A DNA stretch of 61,906 bases, filler included, from Sphacelaria rigidula (taxonomy: Eukaryota): the NCBI GenBank assembly GCA_964200075.2. It is 10 parts of 10 records of this genome, joined end to end, with 100 filler letters (N's around TTAATTAATTAA, not from the genome) between each part and the next. Parts side by side here need not be neighbours in the genome. Positions count along the whole stretch, not along the records: positions 24,807 to 30,907 come from CAXNAA020022222.1; positions 31,008 to 37,108 come from CAXNAA020022223.1; positions 37,209 to 43,308 come from CAXNAA020022224.1; 7 more parts are not named here. One strand, given 5' to 3'. Numbering within the stretch: the first letter of the stretch is position 1; each line of letters opens with the position of its first letter. The position numbers and the translations under genes are program-made. The notes under the pieces were generated by a model, which made no database searches, was not told the DNA's origin, and saw nothing but the letters and a program-made list of their open reading frames with translations. Below, one piece after another: positions 25,293 to 37,843 of this stretch.

Positions 25293-26635
25293 GTGAGGAG
25301 AGGCAAGGGATCGTTTCGTCCCGTCGTTACCCAGTTTTTTTTTTTTTTTTTTATAACGGGGTAGGGGAGGGAGGCGGGGAAGCCCTACCCTTCGTGCTCC
25401 AGATGGCGTTTCCGACAATCCTTTCAGCTATGCGTTAGCGATTCGTGAAGCTCCGCGGTCCATACCCGGCCCCGATAAGGGTGACAGACACATGGCATTA
25501 TCTATCTCGAGCGCAAACCCGGGCTTGGCTACAGGTATGTTCCTCCGTGTGCGTGCCTTCCAGGCGACGACAGATGTCGACCCTCTTCATTTACCGTCCT
25601 TGCTACCCCACATACATGAAAAGGTCTTCCTGTTTACCCAGTAATTTGATCGTTTCACCTGACGATATCGCAGGATTCGTCGCCAGATTTGTTCCTACCC
25701 TCTAGTTTGATCTGTTCGTTGGCATGCCTCGGGGTACATCTTGTCTGACCACAATGCCTTTGCCACTCGCACCTAGTTCGTTTCACTGGTGAGAGTAGAA
25801 CTGAAGCCAGTCGGGTCGAAAAAAGTTCGGGTTCATTTCTCGCCAGATATATTTGGGCTGTTTGTCTGAGGAGACTCTGATTTCCGTCGTTTGAATACAC
25901 GAGGATATGAGTAGCCAACGGAGGCTTGTTTTGACGACGGCCGACGCGGTGCGAAAGTGTTGGTCATGATCCAATCCACGACACCAAAATGTCAGACGTG
26001 TACCGGGCGAGAGATGGGTTGATTCCTTGAGGGACTCGTCCCAACGAAGGGGGTGTACTCATGATCATGCATGCCAGAGTCATCACACCATTGACCTCGC
26101 ATTCCTACAAAGCCGGGACGGAGCACGCCGGGTTTTCGCCGGACCAGTCCCGACGAAGGGGAGGGGTTGAAAGTTTGACGCAAAAATACAGAATGCCTGC
26201 AAGGGCCGGAAAAATCAATCACTCGTCGGAAAATTATTTGATTTTAGAGTGATTGATTCGGACCGTATGAATTAATCTTTGAGCTTTGTTTTCAGCGTTG
26301 CAGCCCAGGTATGCGTGGCCCAGGCACGCGGAATGGCGCGAAAATTTGCGTGGATACTTTTTTGACCAGCGGTCGAGTTTCTTCTCACTTTCGAGCAATC
26401 AAGCCTGGACAATCGTGGATTTGGGAATTCGAATCGGCGATGATTCGTCCGAACCGTGAATCCCTGGGTGTGTAACCCAAGCCGGTAACCGCGAGGCCAT
26501 GAATTCATCCAGCCATTCACTCATTCATTGATCCATTATGTATCGCGACCAATGGATGCTCTTGTGTGGTACCCTTCTAGAGAAGAACACCAAGGTGAAA
26601 TATATATATATATAAATGGATGCGTGCACGTGCAG

Positions 26636-27153
26636 GTGGGCAGACCAACGACCAGGCGACGATCGGCCCTTGCCGCCGGGGTCGAAAACGCACGGGGCCT
26701 TGGCGCGTACGGCTTCAACCCCAACCACCACCTGACGGAGGAAGACGTGACCCCGAGAGCGAGAACCGTACTGATGAACGAGTGGGGTTATCTGTGGGAC
26801 CTCTCCCGACCTGTTCTTATGGAAAAGAGTCCACCCAACATGATTATTTCTACGTTTCTGCAAGAGATTTTTTCTGCCGGCGATCATCCTCGCGTGGACG
26901 AAACTGCCCAAACCCAGATGGCGGTGCCGGGGGGAAAATATGACGGCAGCGATGGCGGTAGCACCACAAGGGCTAGGTTTTTGTTTATCAGCCGACACCC
27001 TATCGCCAACGCGTTGGCCCTGGCAAAGTACTTGGCGGGTGGCCTGGGGAGCGACGGGCTGCCGGACATGTTCGAGCAGGTGTTGCATTGGGTCGTGAGC
27101 CACGAGATCATGCGCGAAGACATGGAGCGATTGGAACACGCGAGGGTCATCCG
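26636..27153 (+). CDS. Sulfotransferase, middle exon
   Basis: TGCAG acceptor, phase 0; EKSPPN and 3'-PB ISRHPIANALA motifs; donor CG|GTTAGT. Confidence 0.85.
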
Positions 27154-28037
27154 GTTAGTGTCCATGTGGGGCTGGGGTGCTATACCGCCTTTTTTTGCTC
27201 CCTCCTTTTTTTTCTGTTGACGCTTTTGACCATGTTTGTTTTTTGCAGTCGCACCGAGCGAAACCACCTCCCCCCCCAAAGGCGTCTACTATTACACTAC
27301 TAGAACGATGCACGAGCTAGCCACATGCTAGTCGATCGCGACAGCACAGCGCAGCACAGCGCAGCATCATACTATACGCTGATGTGAGGTAGAGTGGGTG
27401 CAGCCACAAGCCAGAAGGACGTTGGGGTTAACAGCGGTGAAGTGCGCTGCAGATTCGAATAGCCGGCGGAAAACAGTAGGGCGAGTGCTAGCTTTTGACG
27501 CCTACGGAGAAATGAAACTGCTGCAAGTAACGAAATAATGAGCCGAGGGGGTGGAAGGGGAAGGCAAGCATCTCTCGCCCCGACTCTTACACCACAGTTG
27601 AAGGCACAGCATACTACCAAGGACGAGGGAGACCACAATCTCGGGGAGGTAGTTACATGCTTAGGAAGGTATATGGTGTACGTGTGGTAAAGACAAGGTA
27701 ACCCACACGGTAATGCACAAAACAAGTTTTCACGTACCCGTTGGTGGGCGATGTTGTTCTGCACGCTATGCATGGCAAGTATATAATATCAAGTTTTCAA
27801 GTTTTCAAAATTTGTGAATGATAACCTCGGCAAGCAAGCAACATCTAGTCAAAAACACACAAACATGTACGACACACAAAGATATATATATATATATATA
27901 TATATACCCACTACTGCAGCCCCCCAAATGCCCGCTACTGCTGTCATACGTTTTTTTTCTTGATACAAGATTCAACGTACGTGTTTGTGTGTGTGCGTGC
28001 GTGCTTATGGACTTGCCTGCCCGCATGTCGGTTTCAG

Positions 28038-28494
28038 GTTCGAAGATTTCGTATTAGATCCTCAAGGACATCTCGCGGAAATCGTGGAATGGCTCGATGT
28101 GAAAGACCCAACAACAAAGACGGCGACGACGACAGCAGCAGCGACGACAATCACACCCGAAAAAGACGGCGGCGCCGATGAGCTGCAAGGCAAATCCCCT
28201 TCTTCTATCTCTTCCACTTCTTCGACGGCGACGACATCAGACAACACGCCATCGTTCGTGTTCGAAACCCGGGTGTCTCGCGACACGAACCGCAAATACG
28301 AAGCGCAGTACTGCGAAGCGTTAAGGCGATTTCCTTCTGCGCTGACCGGGCACCGACAGCTCGTCGCGAAGCTGGGACCCCGCGTACAAGCACAGGGGTA
28401 CGACTTGGACTCTTTCCCGTGTGTGAAGACCATCCTTGAGCGAGCGAAGCGGAACGAGGAGAGGGAGCATGAGCAAAAGCAGACAACAGAATAG
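28038..28494 (+). CDS. Sulfotransferase, last exon
   Basis: TTTCAG acceptor; splicing rebuilds VIRFEDFVLDP (RYED-type motif); TAG stop. Confidence 0.85.
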
Positions 28495-31418
28495 AGGAGG
28501 TAGTTTGAGGGAGGCTCCTTTTGATGATCATCCCGCGTCTCTGCTTCTGTCTTCGTTGGCATGTGGGCAAGAGGGGTCCGCAAAAACATAATGCAACAGT
28601 TATTTAACATGAGGGACCCATGAATATCTCGTTCTATGTGTTTGTGTCCATGTCCATATCCGTGTCCATGTCCATATCGGTGGTTTTGTCGCCTTTTGTT
28701 TTTCATAGAAGAACAGTAGTGAACAAACAACAGGGGGGGCTCGAAAATGTTGGTGTGTGAACGTCTGTGTGAATGTGTCTTGTGTCCGCTTTTGGGTGAT
28801 GTGGAACATGTGAGTACTGTAAGGAGAGGGAATCGTAGCAATTTTTCATGGGCGCTTTTCGTCGTCTTTTGCATGTCTTTTGAAGTTCTGTTTTTCTAGA
28901 ACGGCTGTTTTTCGGGATAAAGTGTGGTACTTGAGTACATGCATTGCAGGAGCAAGGTTTCAAGTGCGATGGCGTAAGTCCTCTTTGTAAACACACTTTG
29001 AGTTTTTACTGTTTTTACAGTGGTATTGCCGCGAAATTGAAGCACCCCTTCTTGACGCCAAGTTTGGGTGTGTTTTGTTGTGTTGGTGAGTTATCTCACC
29101 GTTTTAGTTGGTACTGCTTTTTGGAGAGCGGTAGATTTTTATTTTCTTCCGAGACGGGCTCGGAAAGCCGTTTTGGGCTGCCGTTCACGGTCGCCGAAGA
29201 AACGGGCTTGCGAGCTGTTTATGTCTATCGTACAATACCTTCAGTCGAGTCTTGGTCTATGTACTGTGCTATTCAAGAAATGCAATTAACACGACATTAA
29301 ATTCGGTTGACATCTGAGACGACATGAAGATGAGTGCTAAATGAGCAGCGTCTGCAAGCATCGTCCCTTACATTGGCCGGCCGCCGGCGTCACTTGATAC
29401 GTTGACTGTATGGATGTCAATTGTTTTTGGATATTGACGCTACTGGGATTATTACCTCTCTTCATATCCGGCACGCCATTTATAAGCCGAAAACTCGCCC
29501 ATCTTGAAACTGTTGTCATTGTCCATCCTTGTCCGGCTTATTACAGTGCCATACTTACTGGGTAGGCGGGGCCTTCACACCCTCCACAGGATAAGGGTCA
29601 AGTTCGAGAGTGATGAGACGAAGCAGGGTTCAAATCGACATCTCGTTAGGGAGGGTTTGGTGAAGTCACAGTAATGCCCACTTCCCAGTCTAGCCTTCCG
29701 GCAAGGCCTGTCCAACTGCTATATATCTACGAGACATTGCGTATTGAACCCCCCCAAAGTGAAAAGCAAGTGCCCGTACACACTCGGTCTTATTTTTCAC
29801 TTGAAAGCGGGGCCAAGACCCAGATGACATACCCTCGCGGTCAAAGGGGTAGCACAGGCGGAAGATGTGCCGCGAGAAAACACTCGAGCCCTTCTGTATG
29901 TGCGAATTAGGTACAGTCAGGTGCCAAGAAAACTGTCGGCTCGGTGGGCTTCGACCAAGTAGACGGTTGTCGTTCAGAGACTTCACAACTCAAACCTGCG
30001 GCGGAAGAAACAGTGGTGGAATATAACTTCAACCCTTTTTCCATATCATTTTACATGTACCACGAGAGGCGAAGATAAAAATTTAGATCCCGGACTTCGA
30101 TTATTTTAACAAAAAGGGTTTGAACACCAGAGGCCATTGGGGTGCTTGTCAACTCAGATTTGGACGTTACAGACATTGTGCAACGTCTGTGACGTCCGAA
30201 TTTGAGGTTACAGGCACCCCAGTGACCACTCGTGTAGCTTGGTGGAAACTCGAGAAAAAGGGAAAACGGGAATTTGAAAGGAGGGGAAAATATAATTAAC
30301 TGGGAAAAAGACGAAAGGGAAGCGGAATTAAGCGAGAGGAATGGGCGACGAGAAAAAATATTAATGAACGCAAGTATACCGTCGAAAGTTGAAAATTACC
30401 ACGTCGAACTCTTGCAAACATATACCCCACAGTCGATACGGAATCTTTGCTTGGACTGTCAATTTTCTCATTCCGACCTGGTTCATGGGGATGCAGAAGG
30501 TAACTAGGAACAGGAGAGAGAAAGAGCACCAATACACAACGGCTAAGCAGGAGAGAGCACGAGACTCGTCCGTGGCTATAGTACGTACGTGCGTACGTAC
30601 GTTCGTACGTACATTATTATGTAAGGTCATTTGTCTCACAACATCATTCAATACCAGGAAGCGGGAAAATGCAATGACAACCATGGGAAGAAGTGGGCGA
30701 CATTTCTCTCCTTGACCTGATTGTTTCTATTGACCGTCGCATATTTCGTCCAAGTTGTGGAATAACATTCTCCAGCTGCCTACCACACAACATATTGGAG
30801 AGTCTCGGAAACGCTTTTTTTTGTCATCCTAACGTTTGTCATCATATTTCTCATGATAACAGCCAATCATTTATGTTGAGGATGGTGCTTTTGATTGAGG
30901 ATGAGAANNNNNNNNNNNNNNNNNNNNNNNNNNNNNNNNNNNNNNNNNNNNTTAATTAATTAANNNNNNNNNNNNNNNNNNNNNNNNNNNNNNNNNNNNN
31001 NNNNNNNGGGGGGCGCGCCTTTCGGGGTGCGGGGGGCGGGGGGGGGGATTGGACGTGCGTCCAGTCCCATCACTCACAGTCACGGCGAGGCATCATCGTC
31101 TTGGGGCTAGAGGTACAGACCTACGGGTCTGCGGAAGACTACCGATCTCTGGGCCTGGGAGAGAACATAAGAGAGTTCAAGACATGCGGGACCACGTGAA
31201 AGCCTTATACGACAGAAGCCCACTCGGACGAGCCTCTATTGCAGTTGCATCGAACGTTTCTTCAGGGCGATATTTCGTTCAAGACAGTGGACTCTATTTC
31301 TAAAATTCTCGGTAATTGAGTGCAGGCATCCCCCTCCCCCAATGGTCTTATGACTAAGGCATGCATCATCATGAGTACACCCCCCCTCCCCCTCCCTGCT
31401 TTTTGTTGCTTGCTTCAG

Positions 31419-31598
31419 ACACACGCCTTTGTCGCTTCTCCGGAGATGGTGGTGGCTACGGCCATCGCGGGATCGGTCACGTTTGACCCAGAGTCCGACT
31501 CCATCCCTACCCCCGACGGTGCGTCGTTCAAGTTCGAGGCGCCCTTCGGGAAGGAGCTACCTCCCAAGGGCTTCGATCCCGGAGAGGACACTTTCCAG
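31419..31598 (+). CDS. ACO2: Aconitate hydratase (mitochondrial type), internal exon; 5' part of gene missing
   Basis: THAFVASPEMVVATAIAG...KGFDPGEDTFQ; AG/GT boundaries, 180 nt. Confidence 0.92.
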
Positions 31599-32088
31599 GT
31601 CCGGTTGAGGGCACAGTAGTACATCTGCACATTCTTTACTGGTCGTTGCATGTTGCTGAGCTCTGGTGGGTTGTCAAGCTTGCGGGGTAGGTAATTGGTG
31701 GTTGCTGCATGTTCCTCCGATTTGCTGGTAGATTCTGATAAAAGCACCCCGGGTGGATTTTTCAGATTTTTGTGATCGTTGCGTGGTGCCGAGGTCCGTT
31801 GTTATGAATCGCTTGAAAATGAATATCTAGGGTTGGCGCGCTCATCCTGGTTGTGCGCTACAGGGTATGACTAGTTTTTCAGTGTGTCCTGCTTCGCATC
31901 GATCGTGTGTTGATTGTTTTTTTTTCTCCTCTTGTCTCACACCTTTTGTTCGTTTGTTTTATCTTTACTTGGTCACCCTCTACGCTTGTTCCGATATGCT
32001 GTCTTTCTTCACGCGCCTGGTCTTCCTCCATTTCGATCACACACACTCTCTCTCTCGTACGCATGTGCCCTTGATGTGTCACGCTTAG

Positions 32089-32214
32089 CCCTCACCCGAG
32101 GACGGAAGCTCGTTGACCGTCGCAGTTTCCCCTGACTCTGCCCGGCTGGCGTTGCTGGAGCCGTTCGCGCGGTGGGAAGGAACGGACCTTGAGGGCCTAC
32201 CGGTGCTTATCAAG
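32089..32214 (+). CDS. ACO2: Aconitate hydratase exon
   Basis: [46 protein letters not shown] boundaries, 126 nt (not shown in the ORF track). Confidence 0.92.
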
Positions 32215-32705
32215 GTACTACGAGTGTGGTGATGGAATGAGAAAACAGACGGAAAAAAGAACCACCTCAAGTTGTCCATTCTTGTTGCTGTTGTTGCTGC
32301 TGCTGCTGCTTTTTTTTATCACCAGGCAGGGCTATTTATTCACAAGCAATCGCGTCGGGCATATCTTTTTTTCCTTCTTTTTCTAGAGCCTTCATCGCTT
32401 GCTGTCGGTAGTCGCACCACTCTAATGAGACGAGCAAGTATGGTTGATATTAGTTGTGCAAATCAGTTGGGTATTCTGCACAAACGTGATCCATCCCCGC
32501 TCGCCACTTAAGATGTGTACAATATTTATCAACCAGATGTTGGGGTTTTGATCCCCAGGCATGTATGCATGCCGCAGCTCTCACTCCAAAGTTACTCGAA
32601 TCAATCCCGCTCCTCTCTCCCGTCCCCTCGCCTTCCCGTGCCACCGCACTCGCGTTCCCACCCCCGATCTTTTTTTTTCACTGTTATTTTGTTCGTTTCG
32701 GTCAG

Positions 32706-32849
32706 GCAAAGGGCAAGTGTACGACTGACCACATCTCCATGGCTGGCCCTTGGCTCAAGTTCCGCGGACACTTGGATAACATCTCCAACAACATGCTTAT
32801 CGGTGCGGTGAACGCGGAGAATGACGAAGTTAACAGCGTCCAGAACCAG
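32706..32849 (+). CDS. ACO2: Aconitate hydratase exon
   Basis: [34 protein letters not shown]; 144 nt. Confidence 0.95.
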
Positions 32850-33809
32850 GTGTGCGTCGTCACGTTGCATCCTTTGTTTGTTTCTCGTTCCACCATCTCC
32901 TACTCTTGCTCCCCAAGACAAGATGTTGAGCCTGTCTGTATGACGCGTGGGAAAACTGCCGTGTTCACAGGACCATGTGGTAGGATGGGTTAAAAGGGAA
33001 ACCTCGACAAGGTTGGTACGTTCATTTCTTCACGTTTCTGTTCCCGCGCAGCCTGCGGTGTGGTTCTGAGTCCACCAGGAAACCGTGAAAAGCTGTTGAG
33101 CGAAAGAACATTTGCTCTATTGGTATCACTCGCATCGCCCTCCATACCCCCACCCACATGGTACACCCTCATGAAGATATTTTACCCTTGCGCCTACAAA
33201 GATGAGAATGAATCTCCGCGTCAAGTTACGATAGTACGTTGGAGAGGGGGGGGGGGGATATTCTAGGCCATTTCTTATGCGGAATTTCACTTACAATCGT
33301 CGTTCAAAGCGGCAGCGGTGGAACCAACGCGCCAGTTATCGGTAAATGAATTTATTTCGAATACAAGGGCACCGCGAGTGTGATAAGTGGGTCGTCTGAC
33401 ACACCTATGAGCCTCTTTTTTCGTGAAATCATCCCCCCCCCCCCCATCCCTTCCGAGGTCAGTGGTCTTATGACTGTGGCATGCATGATCATGAGCACAT
33501 TTCCCCATCCCTCCCTATCGTATCATGGCTCGTGAGTGTGTCCACAAATGGTGAAGTACATTCCTCGTCACTATATAATGCGCAATATAAAAACGAGAAT
33601 GAAACAGCGTACCAAAATCGAAGGGCACGGCCGCAGCAGGCATCCGATGAAAATTTGAGAAATTGGGAACGACCAAACGGAACGATGTTTATGCTCAGGT
33701 GGTGAGCTTACCGAGCTGCTCTAATATCTAGACGTGAACTTTTCATGAGTTACGGCTTGCTCATCCCTCATCCTCCCTGCAAAACGTGTCAAATAATGAC
33801 AATACACAG

Positions 33810-34072
33810 GTGACGGGGGAATTCGGCAAGGTGCCGGACGTAGCACGAGACTACAAGGCGAGGGGAATCGGGTGGGTGGTGATCGGAGATGACAACTACG
33901 GGGAGGGATCTTCGCGAGAGCACGCCGCGCTTGAGCCGAGGCACCTCGGCGGGCGCGCGGTGGTTGTAAAATCCTTTGCTCGTATTCACGAGACCAACCT
34001 CAAGAAGCAGGGTATGCTTCCCCTTGTGTTCGACAACCCGTCCGACTACGACCGAATCTCGGGCAACGACAA
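33810..34072 (+). CDS. ACO2: Aconitate hydratase exon (swivel domain)
   Basis: [20 protein letters not shown]...[18 protein letters not shown]; donor AA|GTGAGT. Confidence 0.96.
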
Positions 34073-34356
34073 GTGAGTGGTCCCACCTTTGTCTGTTCCA
34101 CCTCGTTCTGTCTCGGTTTCACTGGTTTTTTTTTGTTTTTCTTTCTTTTCGCTAGCTTGTATGTGCCCCGCACGCTTGTGTGTCTTTTGCCGCTGCTGTA
34201 GTTGCCCCCCGTGGTTGTTTCTACAAAAGCCCCGGAGTCTTGCCGCCCGTGTTGATTTGTTTTGCGGATTCTAGATGTGCCCAAGTAGAGGAGTACTCCT
34301 GACAGAATCCCCGATCGCGAATATTGGTCTCATACCTCTTGCTGCACCCCGTACAG

Positions 34357-34534
34357 GGTATCTATCAAGGGTCTGGGCACCTTCTCGGAGGGCAAGCCTC
34401 TTACGCTCGAGGTCACGCCGGCGGCAGGGGGCTCCACCTTCGATATCAGGGTGAACCACACCTTCAACTCAGAGCAGATCGAGTGGTTTAAGGCCGGCAG
34501 CGCGCTGAACCTCATGAAGGAGGCCAATGCTTGA
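34357..34534 (+). CDS. ACO2: Aconitate hydratase, last exon
   Basis: Phase-compatible acceptor; ...[26 protein letters not shown]. Confidence 0.95.
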
Positions 34535-35846
34535 GCGTTCTTATTTTGTCGTTGTTCTTGTGTGGCTTGTGGGTGTGGGTGTGAGGTTGGTGGTTTTTGT
34601 TTGTGTTGCCCGTTCGAGTGTAGGAAGGAAACTCGTGTCTCGAAGAAGCTAAACCTGCTGCAGTCTGTAGTCATGATAGCGCATGTCGCACGTAGCTGTC
34701 GACGATTGATGGACTTCGCAGCACCCCTGCAATACCAGTGCAGTGGCGGGAGATGGGAGGGGGGTGGGGAAGGGTAGCGTACATGCAGAGGTACTGAGTG
34801 TGCAAGTGGAGCCTCGATGCTGAGAGTTTTATGGACAGGGGGGATGGAGGATGGCGACTACTGTACAACTCTCCGCTGCACTGCTGAATATCATGCAGCA
34901 ACTGGGTTCCACTTGTTTACTTTCGGCGGAGGGAAAACAATTTTGTGCACGTGTTCTATAATAATAGTACTTCTTTGAGTTGACAGTATCATAGTATCAC
35001 ACCTCCGATGCGAGCATCAGTTGTAGGGAAGAGCGCCAAATGGCCTTTGACACACGTACAAGTAAGTATATCGTGTGCGTTGATATGTATGCCCGCGTGG
35101 GTTGTTGTTGGTTGCTCGGCGGGTACTGGATTATGATGGAATTGTACGCGTGTGCGGGGCCGTAAGAGCATCGTGTGCGGCGTCAAGAAAGCGGTGGTAT
35201 CGTGATCACAGCATGTGCAGGTCAGTTTAGAGAGGAAGGTGATGCTCTTGAAAGGATAGGTTATGGTTATGATGTTACCGTCTTGAAGTAAGTGACCGCG
35301 TGGTTGGTGTCGTGCGGGCATCTTTGGCAGGACCACCGTTTGGCGGGTTCTCGAACTCGATGTACATACATTCGGTTGTTCTATTCCATTTCATCCGACC
35401 ATCACTTTATTTTTTTTAATTACTATTTTCGGTGAGTTGGTTCTCCCTGCATCGCACACTGCCACGATGTCTGCATTCTTCTTTTCAAAACGTGGACTTT
35501 GAAACGCGAGAGTGCGGCTGCTTCTCGATGATCTACACGGAGTTGGAGGGCTTTTGAGGTTTTGCACGTGACAGGTGAACGGTGCCGACTTGATACCGAG
35601 GAATACGCACACAAAACTAGAAATTGTCACCACGATGAAATATACGTACCGCAGAGCACGGTACGTATCGATTGATGTCACGAATTCGCTAATCCAGAGA
35701 TTAAGCCGTGATAAGAAGATGAACGTATCCAAGGTGAACAAAACGAAAATACCATCTGAAAAAAATACCAGAGCGAAGGCAGGTGAAGAAAAATAGAACG
35801 GGCGGCGAAGGAACAAGAACAACGAAGATCGACACAAAGATAAGAA

Positions 35847-36240
35847 CACGGGATTTTACAAATCATTGTGGATGAAAACCCGGAGGATTCTAATCCTCGT
35901 ATCTACAACAAATCTTTGAACCATGCTTCCATTTCTTCACTTGCTGGTAGCTATTGACAACCACTACACCCCATACAAATTTGGATTTCGATAACCGAAA
36001 TGTCAGGGTCCTAGGTGAAAAACCAATCATGGGGGATGTTTGGTGTCCGCCAGAACTGGTTCTTCACCTAGGACCCCGACATTTCGGTTATCGAAGTCCA
36101 AGTTCGTATGGCGTGTAGTGGTTGCCAATAGCTACGAGCAAGTGAATAAATGGTAGAATACTTTTTTTCGAAGATTTGGTGTAGATACGAAGATTAAAAT
36201 CTTCCGGGTTTTCATCCCCAATGATTTGTAAAATCCCGTG
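35847..36240. mobile_element. Foldback MITE family A (CACGGGAT termini)
   Basis: CACGGGATTTTACAAATCATTG...CAATGATTTGTAAAATCCCGTG. Confidence 0.85.
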
Positions 36241-36552
36241 CTCAAGGGGGAAAAGGGGAGGAAAACGAGAGGACCATGAATTTGCGGCGAAAGAAGTGGG
36301 TCATGTAAAAACGCAGGCATGTCTCACACAAATTTTCATATCAGACAGTTCAAAATCCATGCCAAAAATGCCTTCGTTCATGAACAAAATGCCTCAGACT
36401 TGCCTGAGACAATCTACCCGGTATCCCCTAGAAGTAATTGTAGTTGGTGTCGTCGTGGGCGTGCCCCCAAACCACGTGGAAAGCGTCGAAAAATATATAG
36501 TCATACAGCGCCCGATGTTAGGGTTCAACCTACGTGGAGCGCCTCTTGAAAA

Positions 36553-36824
36553 TGTTTTCGTGAGATTGAGAGTAGAGGATACGATTGAGAGTGACAAGCG
36601 GTCAAATCGTGACTGAATCGTTTCAGTTCCGAAATGCCCCTTCACGAGGCCCGGTATGCTTTCTGTAGTAGCTTGCCACTGAGGCCCTTGGCATGCCAAA
36701 GTAGGATATCGACGTGTAGCTGTAAGCACACGCTAGTGGTGGAGGCAGAGAACAGCACACGCGGAATGAAAAAATCGGCATATGAAAGCAAACTACCAAA
36801 GCCACTCTCAATCTCACGAGAACG
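36553..36824. mobile_element. MITE with TTTTCGTGAGATTGAGAGT termini
   Basis: GTTTTCGTGAGATTGAGAGT...ACTCTCAATCTCACGAGAAC; second copy at 19678. Confidence 0.75.
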
Positions 36825-37523
36825 TTTTTACATGTTGTGGTAGATATTGGCGAGAACTTACCCAGGCGTGGGAATCCCCAGCTGCTCGTTGTGATCGGCT
36901 TTTTCCATTCCGATTTACGTGAAGATTTTGCCTCCCCAAACCAGGAAATTTTATTGGGGGGGCTATTATCGTCGAAAGAAAGTGTCCTCACTTCCCCTCA
37001 TTTTTGTGGTATAAATGAGTGTTTGCCTGGCGCAAACAAAGCATCTCAGGGATTGAACACCGTCTCTCAGGCGACCCCTTTTAACAGCCGATTCTCGAAA
37101 ATGGGGTTNNNNNNNNNNNNNNNNNNNNNNNNNNNNNNNNNNNNNNNNNNNNTTAATTAATTAANNNNNNNNNNNNNNNNNNNNNNNNNNNNNNNNNNNN
37201 NNNNNNNNCTCAATCGTATCATCCACTCTCAATCTCACGAAAACACTGTTAATAGTCTTTGTTAAAACAATACTTTTTTTTCCGACTTTTTCGGAAATTT
37301 TCCGACTTGGAAAAAAAGTAAGCTGAAGAAACAAATCTAACGCTATATTTTTCGAGTAATATGTAGTCAGTATTGAATTGCTACATCCCTTGACCTGGTC
37401 AATAAATCTGATGTCACAATTTTAAGGATTTTTTCCCCGAAATGTCTCGAAAGTCTGTGATGTGACAAGCCCCTTAATAACGACCTGAATACGTGGGCGT
37501 TTTCGCTCAACAAAAAAGGTACA

Positions 37524-37843
37524 GTATCTCAAACTCGAGGTGCCCGGTATCTGTAATGGTAAGTCACTGTCATATGTGCCGGGAACCTCGAGTTTGAGAT
37601 ACCCTTTATGACACGTGAGGAAGGGGTACGAAAATATGCAGGTCTGCCTTCAAGTATGCAGCGGGTTTTTCAACATTCCGCCCTCCTTTTGTATTTGCGA
37701 GCAGAAATCGTCAGCTCACTCCAGTACAGAGTTTGCTCCAGTTTGGCACCATTAAAGGTATCTCAAACTCGAGGTTCCCGGTATATTCAATAGTAAATCG
37801 CTGTACTGTTGAATGCACGGATAACCTCGAGTTTGAGATACCT
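37524..37843. repeat. Two ~80-90 bp mini-hairpin elements (37524-37602, 37756-37843)
   Basis: Each reads GTATCTCAAACTCGAGGT...ACCTCGAGTTTGAGATAC. Confidence 0.8.
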
